Shown here one piece after another: positions 42,871 to 51,981 of a stretch of DNA of 64,000 bases (positions are counted from its first letter, which is position 1; each line of letters starts with the position of its first letter). Below the pieces are notes generated by a model, which was given only the letters and a program-made list of their open reading frames with translations, ran no database searches and had not been told where the DNA came from. The DNA is from a bacterium (GTDB lineage: Bacteria; UBA8248): assembly GCA_965261085.1 (NCBI GenBank), contig OZ253442.1:1696001-1760000 (forward strand), read 5' to 3'. A program made the position numbers and the translations under genes.

Positions 42871-44208
42871 TTGAAAGCACCGAATTTTCTGGTTTCACAT
42901 CCCGGCCCCAAAACTCGCAAGGAACTTGAACGCCTCAGGCACACGGAGAGCCGCGCGGCCCTCAGCTTCGGGATGAGCCCCGAAACTGTCGTCGTGGAGC
43001 GTGCGCAAGGGGCGGTCATCGAGGACATTGACGGCAATTTGTTTTTGGATTTTGTCGCGGGTTTTGGTTCCCTGAATGCGGGCCATTGCCATCCCAAGGT
43101 TGTCTCGGCGATGCAAAAACAAGCGGAACAGGTTCACCAAGCCATGTCGCTGGGCTCGAGGGTGAGAAACGAATTTCTCGAGAAAGTTCTTTCCCTTCAT
43201 ACGGGCGCGACCCCGAAAAGTATGATTCTAGGCTCCTCGGGCAGCGAAGCGGCGGAAACCGCTCTCAAGATGGCCCGCCGGGCGACGGGGCGCGATGAGA
43301 TCGTCGGCTTTACGGGCGCGTTCCACGGCAGAACCTTGGGGGCCGTGGCCCTGATGGGTAGAAAGAACCAAAGAGAGGGACTGGGAACGCTTGTTCCGGG
43401 CATTCATCACGTTCCCTATCCCTATCCTTATCGAAACCCTTTCGGTGATGGAGCGGAAAAATGCGCGGAGGGGACGATTCGCTACATCAATGAATTTCTC
43501 GATAATCCGGTGAGCGGCTGGGGCGATGTTGCGGCCGTCATCATCGAGCCGGTTCAGGGAAACGGCGGCATGATTCCGGCCCCCATCGGGTTTTTGAAAG
43601 CGCTTCGAGAGGTATGCGACCGTCACGGGGTTTTGCTCATCATCGATGAGGTGATGAGCGGTTTTTGCCGTACGGGGAAGATGTTCGCCTACCAGTATGA
43701 AGATATAGAACCCGATCTGATCGTCATGGGAAAATCGATTTCAGGCGGGTTGCCTCTTGCTGCCTGCGTTGCGAAAAAAGAAATAGCCGACGCTTCGAAT
43801 CCCGGTACCGAGAGCAGTACCTATGCTGGAAATGTCATGGCGTGTGCCGCCGGCCTGGCTTCCATCGAGGTGTATGAGGAGGAAAACCTAGCCGATCGCT
43901 CCCTCGAGATGGGTTCTTATTTTCTGAGAAGGTTGGAGGAGCTATCGGAGCGCCATTCCATCGTTGGTGAAGTCCGTGGACGCGGGCTGATGGTAGCCGT
44001 TGAACTGGTTTCCGATCGCGCGACGCGCGAACCTTTGAGCGTCGCGAAAAAGGCGAGTGACATGGCCTTGAAAAAAGGTCTTCTCATCTATCCTGGAGGA
44101 CACCACGGGAATGTCCTGGCGTTTTTGCCTCCTCTGATTATCGACAAGGAGCAAGTGGATACGGCCGTGGGTATTGTGGATGAGGTATTGCTTGACATGG
44201 ATGTTTAA
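42871..44208 (+). CDS. Class III PLP aminotransferase (4-aminobutyrate aminotransferase-like)
   Basis: SGSEAAE, AFHGRT, EPVQG, DEVMSGFCRTG, MGKSISGG. Confidence 0.92.
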   Translation: MKAPNFLVSHPGPKTRKELERLRHTESRAALSFGMSPETVVVERAQGAVIEDIDGNLFLDFVAGFGSLNAGHCHPKVVSAMQKQAEQVHQAMSLGSRVRNEFLEKVLSLHTGATPKSMILGSSGSEAAETALKMARRATGRDEIVGFTGAFHGRTLGAVALMGRKNQREGLGTLVPGIHHVPYPYPYRNPFGDGAEKCAEGTIRYINEFLDNPVSGWGDVAAVIIEPVQGNGGMIPAPIGFLKALREVCDRHGVLLIIDEVMSGFCRTGKMFAYQYEDIEPDLIVMGKSISGGLPLAACVAKKEIADASNPGTESSTYAGNVMACAAGLASIEVYEEENLADRSLEMGSYFLRRLEELSERHSIVGEVRGRGLMVAVELVSDRATREPLSVAKKASDMALKKGLLIYPGGHHGNVLAFLPPLIIDKEQVDTAVGIVDEVLLDMDV

Positions 44209-44254
44209 GAAACCCGTTTGTGGCGGGAAATAAAATGTTCTCCTTTGTGTTAAG

Positions 44255-45619
44255 ATGGAGCAATTGGTCCTGGCGCTTTTGAGGTATGGCATGCGGAGGA
44301 AATGTCACAGAAAAGTCCATTTGGCATTTTTGCTCTTTCTGGTGGCGATGGGCGCGATGTTGACCCTCTACCATGCCACCGCCGCGCCAAAGACGCCTCC
44401 CGTCGTGGTGTTGGACGTTGCCGACGCCATCTCGCCGGGCACTTCTGAATACATCGCATTTGGTATCGAAGAAGCCATCCGAAGGCAGGCGCAACTCCTC
44501 GTCATCCGTCTTGATACCCCTGGTGGTCTGGTCACCAGTACGCGGGATATCGTGAAATCGATTTTCGGCTCGGGCGTGCCCGTGGCCGTATACGTCGCTC
44601 CGGGAGGGGCGCGGGCCGCGTCCGCAGGGACGTTCATCACGATGTCGGCCCACATCGCCGCGATGGCGCCGGGCACGAACATCGGCGCTGCCTCTCCTGT
44701 TTCGGGCGGTGGAAAGCAGATTCAGGGGGATATGCGAAAAAAGGCGATGAACGACGTAGCCGCTTTCGCGCGGGCGGTGGCCTCCCGCACCGGGCGCAAC
44801 ATCGAATGGGCGGAGAGCGCTGTCAGAGAGGCGATATCCGTGGATGAGGCGGAGGCCCTGAAGCAAAAAGTAATCGACCTGGTGGCTGCGGACGTCAAAT
44901 CCCTTCTCCTGGCGGTTCACGGCAAAAAAATAAAGCTGGCGAGTGGCGCCACCGTCACCCTGTCGACCAGGGGTGCTGCGCAAATCGTGCTCGAGCGAAG
45001 TTGGCGCCAAAAGGTGCTCACCCTTCTGAGCGACCCCAACATCGCCTATATCCTGATGCTTCTGGGGATGTACGGGCTGTTCTTCGAGCTTTCGAATCCT
45101 GGCTCCATACTTCCCGGCGTGGTGGGCGCCATCAGCCTTCTCCTGGCTCTCTACGCGCTCAAAGTCTTGCCGGTGAACTATGTGGGTCTTTTGTTGATGG
45201 GGCTCGCCATCATCATGTTTCTCCTGGAAATCAAGGTGGTGAGCTATGGGGGGCTCACTATTGGCGGAATTATTGCCATGACGCTCGGCTCGGTCATGCT
45301 CATCGATTCCCCGGACCCCTACCTGCAAATCAGCCTGAAGGTGATTCTGCCCGCGGTAGCCGGCACGGCCATGTTCTTCGTTTGGCTCGTGGGAATGGGC
45401 TTTCGCGCCCAGCGGGTGCGGCCGGTCTCGGGTTCGGAGGGAATGCTCGATCAATCCGGCATTGTGAGCGCCTCGCCCGGGGAAGGGTCGCCGGCCCAGG
45501 TTCGGGTGCACGGCGAAATATGGCAGGCGGATTCTCATGATCCCCTGGAAATCGGCGACAAAGTCCGCGTGGTGTCGGTGGATGGCCTCAGGCTCCACGT
45601 AGAGAAGGAGGGTGTGTAA
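44255..45619 (+). CDS. nfeD: NfeD-family membrane-bound ClpP-class protease (start may be internal)
   Basis: LDTPGG, ARAASAG, MAPGTNIGAA, TM bundle, C-terminal OB fold GEIWQA. Confidence 0.92.
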   Translation: MEQLVLALLRYGMRRKCHRKVHLAFLLFLVAMGAMLTLYHATAAPKTPPVVVLDVADAISPGTSEYIAFGIEEAIRRQAQLLVIRLDTPGGLVTSTRDIVKSIFGSGVPVAVYVAPGGARAASAGTFITMSAHIAAMAPGTNIGAASPVSGGGKQIQGDMRKKAMNDVAAFARAVASRTGRNIEWAESAVREAISVDEAEALKQKVIDLVAADVKSLLLAVHGKKIKLASGATVTLSTRGAAQIVLERSWRQKVLTLLSDPNIAYILMLLGMYGLFFELSNPGSILPGVVGAISLLLALYALKVLPVNYVGLLLMGLAIIMFLLEIKVVSYGGLTIGGIIAMTLGSVMLIDSPDPYLQISLKVILPAVAGTAMFFVWLVGMGFRAQRVRPVSGSEGMLDQSGIVSASPGEGSPAQVRVHGEIWQADSHDPLEIGDKVRVVSVDGLRLHVEKEGV

Positions 45620-46405
45620 ATGAATTGGAGCTTGATAATCGCTGCTATCATCATCTTGTTGTTCTTCGTGAGTTCCATCCGCGTGCTGAACGAATACGAG
45701 CGCGGGGTCATCTTCCGGCTGGGGCGTTTCCTTTCCACCAAGGGGCCCGGCCTCATCATCGTGTTTCCGGTAATCGACCGCATGGTTCGCGTCGGTTTGC
45801 GGCTGGTGACGATGGACGTGCCGCCACAGGATATCGTCACGAAAGACAACGTGTCGGTGAAGGTGAACGCCGTGGTCTACTTCCGCGTGCTGAACCCCGA
45901 GCGCGCGATCATCGAGGTGGAGGATTTCCTCTACGCCACGGGCCAGTTGAGCCAGACGACGCTCCGGAGCGTACTGGGCCAGATGGATTTGGACGATCTG
46001 CTTTCCGAACGCGAAAAAATCAACTCCCAGCTTCAGGAGCTTCTCGATCAAGCCACCGACCCATGGGGCATCAAGGTCACCAACGTGGAACTCAAGCACG
46101 TGGACCTTCCCCACGAGATGCAGCGCGCCATCGCCCGCCAGGCCGAGGCGGAGCGCGAGCGTCGAGCCAAGGTCATTCACGCGGAGGGCGAATACCAGGC
46201 GAGCGAGCGGCTGGCCCAGGCCGCCACCACCATCGCCACGGCCCCGGGCGCGCTTCAGCTCCGGTTTCTGCAAACCCTCGCCGAAATCGCCACCGAGAAC
46301 AACTCCACCATCATCTTCCCCTTGCCGATCGATCTGCTCAGGCCCTTCATAGAGGCGGGCACGGGCAACGCGCCCAAAGGAGAGATAGAAGGCGGCGACG
46401 CTTAA
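45620..46405 (+). CDS. Stomatin/slipin (SPFH) protein
   Basis: [39 protein letters not shown]. Confidence 0.95.
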   Translation: MNWSLIIAAIIILLFFVSSIRVLNEYERGVIFRLGRFLSTKGPGLIIVFPVIDRMVRVGLRLVTMDVPPQDIVTKDNVSVKVNAVVYFRVLNPERAIIEVEDFLYATGQLSQTTLRSVLGQMDLDDLLSEREKINSQLQELLDQATDPWGIKVTNVELKHVDLPHEMQRAIARQAEAERERRAKVIHAEGEYQASERLAQAATTIATAPGALQLRFLQTLAEIATENNSTIIFPLPIDLLRPFIEAGTGNAPKGEIEGGDA

Positions 46406-46775
46406 GCGGGCAAATGCGGGTAAATGCGCGGCGCGAAATATTTTTTTTATTCGATAAATTTCGATAAAATGTCGATGCGTTGCTTGAGTATATCTTGGTA
46501 AATATCTGAAATAAATTGTAATATCGAGTTGATTTCCACCATGAACCTTTTCATCAATTTATCGATATTTATCGTATTTTTCAGGTATTCGAAATCCACG
46601 ATTCTCATCCTGATCCCATTGGAATTCATCGTCCTGGCATCTGCATCCATGTGAAACCACCTCCCTTTTCTCACGAGGGATTCTGGCGCATCCCCGGGAA
46701 ACGCGATAACGGCAAATGCGGGGAACTGCATGGTCCAACCCGATCGAGGAGGAAGGGTTGCCGTGGTTGTAATCC

Positions 46776-46882
46776 GTAGGGGCGAACTCCTCCTCGGGGT
46801 CGCCCCACAATTCGCGAATCGCCCCTGCTCACTTTGAGAATGATGGGAGATGGTTTCGTAGGGTCGAACATATATGTTCGCC
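46776..46882. repeat. Two GTAG-type REP-like palindromes
   Basis: GTAGGGGCGAAC...GTCGCCCC and GTAGGGTCGAACATATATGTTCGCC. Confidence 0.65.
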
Positions 46883-46988
46883 ATCTGCGCGTTCTCCCGC
46901 AACGAGAGGCGAACTGCGCCAAAACGAACAGGGCGGACACACGGGTCTTCCCCTGCGAATGCGATTTCCCAGCCGGGTCCGCTCGCCA

Positions 46989-47220
46989 GAAACGGCTGCA
47001 AAGGATTCGGTTACCCACCGAACTTGTCCGTATGAATCGGCTGCAAAGGATTTTGGTGGGCCACCGGGCTTGCCTGTATGAATCGGCTGCAAAGGATTTG
47101 GTTGCGTCACCGAGCCTGCCCATATGAATCGGCTGCAAAGGATTCGGTTGCATCGCCGGGCTTGCCCGTATGAAGCGGCTACGAGGGATTCGATTTCTTC
47201 ACCGAGCCTGCCCTTATGAA
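46989..47220. repeat. Degenerate tandem array, 5 units of 45-46 bp
   Basis: Core (TAT)GAATCGGCTGCAAAGGATT recurs at 46989, 47034, 47080, 47126 and 47172 with related intervening halves. Confidence 0.9.
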
Positions 47221-47222
47221 AT

Positions 47223-47714
47223 TTAGCGGTCTATCGGGTCGCGCGGGTCGAATTCGTTTCCCCACACGCCCCGGCTGTATCGCTTGGCGAGGTTTTCGGC
47301 TTCTATCAATTCCTTGCGGTAGCGCACGTTGGGGTGTTTCACGAGGGCGCGGCCCAGACCCCGGAGCACCATGAGCACGTTCACGTGGCCGCCTTCTTCC
47401 AGAAAAACGTTATAAAGCGTCTGCCCATAGGCGTCCACGGGTTTTTCGTCGATTTCGAGGCTCACCGTCCTGTTCTCGATGAGGCGCTTCAGGTACGCAT
47501 GGGCTTGGGCGGAGCCTGGCGCGCCGGGAGCGGGAGCGGCCACGCCGATGAGGGCGGAGCGCAGCCCGCCGCCTAGTTGAAAGCTCGCCCCGTCGTACAC
47601 CTTGGTGACGCGCGCTTTGAGGCGTCTTCGGGGCGTCTCACCTTGCGCGGGGAGGGAAGAACTCAAAATGACGGCGAGCGCGAGCGCGCACAGAAAGGAA
47701 ACCGTTTTTTTCAT
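47223..47714 (-). CDS. Secreted thermonuclease (SNase-fold) family protein
   Basis: Signal peptide; VYDGASF, LIGVAAP, DAYGQTL, GLG, AENLAK...RGVW; several catalytic positions look degenerate. Confidence 0.75.
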   Translation of the reverse strand: MKKTVSFLCALALAVILSSSLPAQGETPRRRLKARVTKVYDGASFQLGGGLRSALIGVAAPAPGAPGSAQAHAYLKRLIENRTVSLEIDEKPVDAYGQTLYNVFLEEGGHVNVLMVLRGLGRALVKHPNVRYRKELIEAENLAKRYSRGVWGNEFDPRDPIDR

Positions 47715-48037
47715 CCTCGCCTCATTCGGTTTTTATGGGGACAACCCCGAAATCTTTCGCGTTTTCTCAGGCTCATAAATCCCGCGCCATGAACCCCGCG
47801 CGGGTGTTTTTGATGGCGATAAGGAGAGGGAACAATCGAAGCCTTCCCGCCCCTTTCGGGGTTTGTTTATACCACAGAGGAAGCCGATGCGCTTTTGGGG
47901 AGACCGAGGGAGGAGAATTGCGTCCCCGAAGTGCCGGAATTGAGATGAGTTCGTGGACTTCAAAAGTGGCTTATCGTATCATAAACGTGCTTGGTTGTCT
48001 TGAGTCTGAATCTAGCCGACGCTACAGGAGAAACGAC

Positions 48038-48295
48038 GTGAAACAAGATGACGACACTAAGGACGGACGCTTTGAATTCAAAATCGATGGTGAACAACTG
48101 TATGCTCCGCACGAATCGATAACCGTTGCAGAACTTATCCAGATTGCTTTGGATGCAAAGGTTCTTGATCCAGTACAGGAGGGCTACACCCTTGAAGATG
48201 GCAAGGGAAATACCTTCGCCCCTGATGCTGTCATCGATCTTGACAAGACTAATGTGTTCTATGCAACAGAAAATGAACCAGGACCCGCTTCGTAG
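48038..48295 (+). CDS. Ubiquitin-like (multi-ubiquitin-type beta-grasp) protein
   Basis: GTG start after CAGGAG; FEFKIDGEQL...ITVAELI...YTL...D.VIDL....VFY pattern; ends EPGPAS; first gene of an E2/E1/JAB operon. Confidence 0.7.
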   Translation: MKQDDDTKDGRFEFKIDGEQLYAPHESITVAELIQIALDAKVLDPVQEGYTLEDGKGNTFAPDAVIDLDKTNVFYATENEPGPAS

Positions 48296-48324
48296 ATTCT
48301 TCCCCGCCTGGAAATGGATAGTGA

Positions 48325-48732
48325 TTGGTGGAACCTCTAACTGACTCCTTCCCGCCAAACCTTGTTCAGCTCCGTGACGCACTTTATGAAATAGACGTTG
48401 CGGACTTGGAGATATGCACGTGGCTTACGCGTCGCATGTTACGTGCGTGCGTTCCCGTTTATGTCGGCAAGTACGCCGGATCGATCAAACGGGTTGGGTG
48501 GAGCTTTCCCGACGACTCACAACCGTTTCCAGAATACGCTCCCCATTGGTTCCATGTAGCGGGAGAATACGACGATGGGAAAGAGGGTGCATGTGAGAAA
48601 GATCACGATGAAGATGGCAAATTGTGGCTTGCTTGGAGTCGTCCAATTGGCCCGTCCTGGATCGGCCCGTATCGGACTCCAAAGAAGCTCCTTCGGTCGA
48701 CTGTTACTCGATTTTGGAAGGCTTTGAAATGA
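48325..48732 (+). CDS. Prokaryotic E2/UBC-like protein
   Basis: FP...PFPEYAPHWFHV and WLAWSRP motifs typical of bacterial E2-fold proteins; ATGA overlap with the E1 gene. Confidence 0.65.
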   Translation: MVEPLTDSFPPNLVQLRDALYEIDVADLEICTWLTRRMLRACVPVYVGKYAGSIKRVGWSFPDDSQPFPEYAPHWFHVAGEYDDGKEGACEKDHDEDGKLWLAWSRPIGPSWIGPYRTPKKLLRSTVTRFWKALK

Positions 48733-50135
48733 CTACTTACTCAGTGGCTTGGCGTTCTGAAGTTGAAGCTATTGCCCGCCGTCACCTTCTGCAGCATCAC
48801 CATCTTGGCCGTCGCCAAGAGGATATTGCACTTGCTACATGGTATCCCGCGAGCGGTTCCAATCGCTATACTGCCATCATTGACGAAGTACTTTTGCCTA
48901 CAGAAGAAGAACGTATTCTCCAAGGCAACGTACAGATGACACGCGATTTTCTGCGTCGTTGCCGCCAGCGAGCGCTTTCGAAGGGTGCCGGTATGGCGGT
49001 AATGCACAATCATTTCGGTCCCGGTTGGCAGGAAATGAGTCCGGACGACGTTATTATGGAGCGTCGGAGTGTCTCCAATCCTGCCCGTGCGACCGGGCTA
49101 CCGGCTTTGGGCTTGACGCTCGGTACTGACGGAGCTTGGAGTGCTCGGTTCTGGATCCGAAAAAGATCGGATTTCGAGCGTCGGTGGTGCTCTTCAATCC
49201 GTATAATTTCTCCAAGCCGACTGTCGTTTCATGCCAATCCCCATGTTTTTCATTCTGACCTGAATGAATCGTCTTTGGAACGTTTTCGTCGATCTGTTGA
49301 GGCATGGGGTGTTGAGAGCCAAGCACTCCTAGGACAGTTGAAAGTTGGAATAGTCGGTCTCGGTAGCGTAGGCGCGCTAGCAGCCGAGGCGATGGGCCGA
49401 ATGGGTATACGACGGCTGGTCCTGATAGATATGGACTGTGTCGAGCCACATAATTTGGATCGCCTTGTTAATGCAGGTCGTTGGGATATTGGTCGATATA
49501 AAGTTCACGTGGCAGCAGAACATCTAGAACGTACGGCGTCTCATCCTTTTCATGAACTTATCGCTTTACCATTATCGCTTCGTGAGTCAAAAGCCTATCG
49601 ATCACTAGCTGATTGTGATGTTATCTTGGCCTGCGCAGATAAACCTATTGCACGTGATCTTGTAAACCATCTTGCTGTATGTCACTTGATCCCGGCAATT
49701 GAAGCTGGTGTTGCCCTTCGAAGCCGTGGTGGTCGCCTACATAAGGGTCATATCGTCTCTCAGGTGGTTACACCCGATAGCCGGTGTCTCAGATGCACAA
49801 AACAGTACACGACGGATCAACTCAGCCTGGAACTGGAAGGTCTACTAGAAGATCCGGAGTACATCCGCACCTTGCCGACTGACAAACGTCCCAATGCAGC
49901 CAACATTTTTCCAGCCAGTTTAGCGGCTGCATCGCAGCAAGTCGGTCTATTCACAAGAATGGTCCTTGGCCCGGAATGGTGGCCTCCGGTGTACCAACAG
50001 CGCCACCATTTAAGTGTTGCCTCACAACATATATCAATGGATGTTTGCAAGCCTTATTGCGACGTTCATGCACGCAACTGCCAAGGTAACCTCGGTGAGC
50101 CGAAGTGGCTTCTGCTATCAGGCGATTCTTCGTGA
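48729..50135 (+). CDS. JAB/MPN-peptidase-ThiF(E1) fusion protein
   Basis: N-terminal QEDIAL...MHNH...EMSPDD (E, HxH, SxxD); C-terminal GIVGLGSVG, DMDCVEPHNLDR, ACAD, CLRC, CKPYC. Confidence 0.88.
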   Translation: MTTYSVAWRSEVEAIARRHLLQHHHLGRRQEDIALATWYPASGSNRYTAIIDEVLLPTEEERILQGNVQMTRDFLRRCRQRALSKGAGMAVMHNHFGPGWQEMSPDDVIMERRSVSNPARATGLPALGLTLGTDGAWSARFWIRKRSDFERRWCSSIRIISPSRLSFHANPHVFHSDLNESSLERFRRSVEAWGVESQALLGQLKVGIVGLGSVGALAAEAMGRMGIRRLVLIDMDCVEPHNLDRLVNAGRWDIGRYKVHVAAEHLERTASHPFHELIALPLSLRESKAYRSLADCDVILACADKPIARDLVNHLAVCHLIPAIEAGVALRSRGGRLHKGHIVSQVVTPDSRCLRCTKQYTTDQLSLELEGLLEDPEYIRTLPTDKRPNAANIFPASLAAASQQVGLFTRMVLGPEWWPPVYQQRHHLSVASQHISMDVCKPYCDVHARNCQGNLGEPKWLLLSGDSS

Positions 50136-50138
50136 CTT

Positions 50139-51113
50139 ATGAGTGATTCCAAGGAATTAGAAGCGTTGCTACTGGAAGCGGACGGGATTGTCAATCGCGC
50201 CCATGAACTTCTTCATTCATGGCCTAACGCCAAAGCTGATCTAAAATCAGCCGAGGAGCTATCGTCATTACATCTAGCTCACTATACCTCTTTGGAAGCC
50301 ATTGTTTATATGCTTCAAACTTCAGATGGTGGCCTTCGACTCTCTCATACCTCAATAATGAACGATCCTGAGGAGGGGCGTGCCACTCTAGAAGGTCGTA
50401 TGATCTCGCATTTGCTGGAAAATGAATTCGGTGATGAGTCTTGGCTTTGGCAACGCTATGGTGCAGCTAATGTTTGCTGTTTTGTTGGTATCGTGCGTGA
50501 CGGTGAGCAAACTATCGACGCTGGTGACGACCTTCTCTTCTGGCGTCTTTATGGTAATGACTGTCGAGGCATTTCCATTACCCTCCCTCCTCACGTATCG
50601 AGGCGACTTGTTGATTCTTCTACTGTCGATTGCGTTATATATACCGACGATCCATCACTCGAAATTGATCTGTCGTTATTTTCATCTCTACTAAGGGACC
50701 TTGATTCTCTCCGCTGTCGTGCCCGCAATGCAGGACTTTGGTCTAAGATTTGTCCAGATGTTCTTGCCGCTTGTGATCCGCTCTTAAAGCAACGTTTTCT
50801 GCGCAAACGTTCCCATTATGCAATAGAACGCGAATATCGTGTCGTCGCGTTTCAATCAGAAGATGACGCTGAGGATGTTCTCTACTCCGGTGGTGGTCGG
50901 CATGTGCAACACGGGCTAATTCGAAATTACATACAAATTCCTGAACTGAGTTGTGAAGATATCCTCACTACAAATAGCCAAATTACGATTGGTTCCAATG
51001 TCCTCGAATCTTCAACTACGAAAGACATACTTTACAATTTGCTCGAATCTCGTGGGATAGTCCGTGGTGTAGTTTCCGTTCGTATTTCGGAAATTCCTTA
51101 TCGACCGCGCTGA
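50139..51113 (+). CDS. DUF2971-like protein
   Basis: HYTSLEA, MNDPEEG, FWRLYG...G, K..HY..EREYRV; starts 3 bp after the E1 stop. Confidence 0.7.
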   Translation: MSDSKELEALLLEADGIVNRAHELLHSWPNAKADLKSAEELSSLHLAHYTSLEAIVYMLQTSDGGLRLSHTSIMNDPEEGRATLEGRMISHLLENEFGDESWLWQRYGAANVCCFVGIVRDGEQTIDAGDDLLFWRLYGNDCRGISITLPPHVSRRLVDSSTVDCVIYTDDPSLEIDLSLFSSLLRDLDSLRCRARNAGLWSKICPDVLAACDPLLKQRFLRKRSHYAIEREYRVVAFQSEDDAEDVLYSGGGRHVQHGLIRNYIQIPELSCEDILTTNSQITIGSNVLESSTTKDILYNLLESRGIVRGVVSVRISEIPYRPR

Positions 51114-51121
51114 AATCCAGC

Positions 51122-51271
51122 CACGACGTGCCCGAGGCGGTGATTCGCAAGAGGTTCGACGCCGGGTGGCGCAACTTCGAGCAAGTCTACCAGGACTTGG
51201 TCGATGGGTGGATTTTGTACGATAATTCGGGCGATGAGCCGAAATTGCTGGTAGAGGAGTCGAGTGAATGA
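51122..51271 (+). pseudogene. C-terminal remnant of a zeta-toxin-like / predicted ABC-type ATPase
   Basis: Reads HDVPEAVIRKRFDAGWRNFEQVYQDLVDGWILYDNSGDEPKLL with no start or P-loop; not in the ORF track. Confidence 0.7.
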
Positions 51272-51495
51272 ATTCACGGAAACAAAACCTGACGCTAAAG
51301 CCTCGCGACCCGGACTTCGTAGGTTCTGATGTCGCGATGCTGAGGGCCGCCAAACGTGCGCGGCAACGAGCGAAAGAAACAGCCGAAATCGCCGCGGCGA
51401 CCAAAGGAAGCGGCGAGAGCGGACGAGGCGTCCGAGGGTTTAGAGCGCAAACCGGGCGAGATACAGGGGATGAACACCAACCGCGACCCACGTGA
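51268..51495 (+). CDS. Small hypothetical partner of the zeta-toxin-like ATPase
   Basis: ATGA overlap with the remnant; DPDFVGSDVAMLRAAKRAR helix resembles the usual downstream partner. Confidence 0.5.
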   Translation: MNSRKQNLTLKPRDPDFVGSDVAMLRAAKRARQRAKETAEIAAATKGSGESGRGVRGFRAQTGRDTGDEHQPRPT

Positions 51496-51556
51496 GCGAG
51501 GCTCCCGCAAGGCGGAGTGAGAATCCATCACGACCGAGGAAGGTCATTGTGTCTTA

Positions 51557-51768
51557 GTAGGGGCGGACCTATGTGTCCGCCCTGGTATTGATAACGGGCG
51601 TATGCGTCAGACCCTGCTTCTCAATCGCCGTCATTCTTGCGAATGCCGGAATCCAGAACTGATGCGTTTCTCGTCTGCCTAGATTCCGGCATGCGCCGGA
51701 ATGACGAGGTGGTGAATTTCGATGGTGTGGGTGTGATGCTTTGTAGGGACAGGTCGAGACCTGTCCCC
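51557..51768. repeat. Cluster of REP-like palindromes including a CGTCATTC...GAATGACG element (51629-51706)
   Basis: GTAGGGGCGGACCTATGTGTCCGCCC, GTAGGGACAGGTCGAGACCTGTCCCC and a near-copy of 1303-1380. Confidence 0.75.
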
Positions 51769-51981
51769 ACCCCTTCTTGAGGCCCGCCCCTACGGGAAAA
51801 TCTAACCAAGAGTGGCTACGTGGGATTCGATTGCTCCACCTGCTCCGCCCCTATGAAAGCCTTTCATTGCGACTCACCCCCCCTTGCCCCTACAATGTCA
51901 AACCCGACTGAGAAAGGAGGGTCTGCGCGTTCATATCGCGGCGGTTTTATTTTTCTAGGCACAGGGCGGGTTCGACAAATC

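Noticed and set aside
44138-46273. 711-aa minus-strand ORF
   Set aside because: Antisense shadow of nfeD and stomatin in GC-rich DNA; no motifs
46447-46810. Gene or RAYT transposase remnant in the AT-rich spacer after stomatin
   Set aside because: Only a weak QWDQDEN resemblance; no HUH motif or coherent frame
46989-47220. CRISPR array
   Set aside because: The intervening segments are homologous to one another rather than unique spacers, the period is short, and there are no cas genes in the window
47735-48037. N-terminal extension of the Ubl ORF (186-aa call)
   Set aside because: Looks non-coding; a strong RBS precedes GTG 48038
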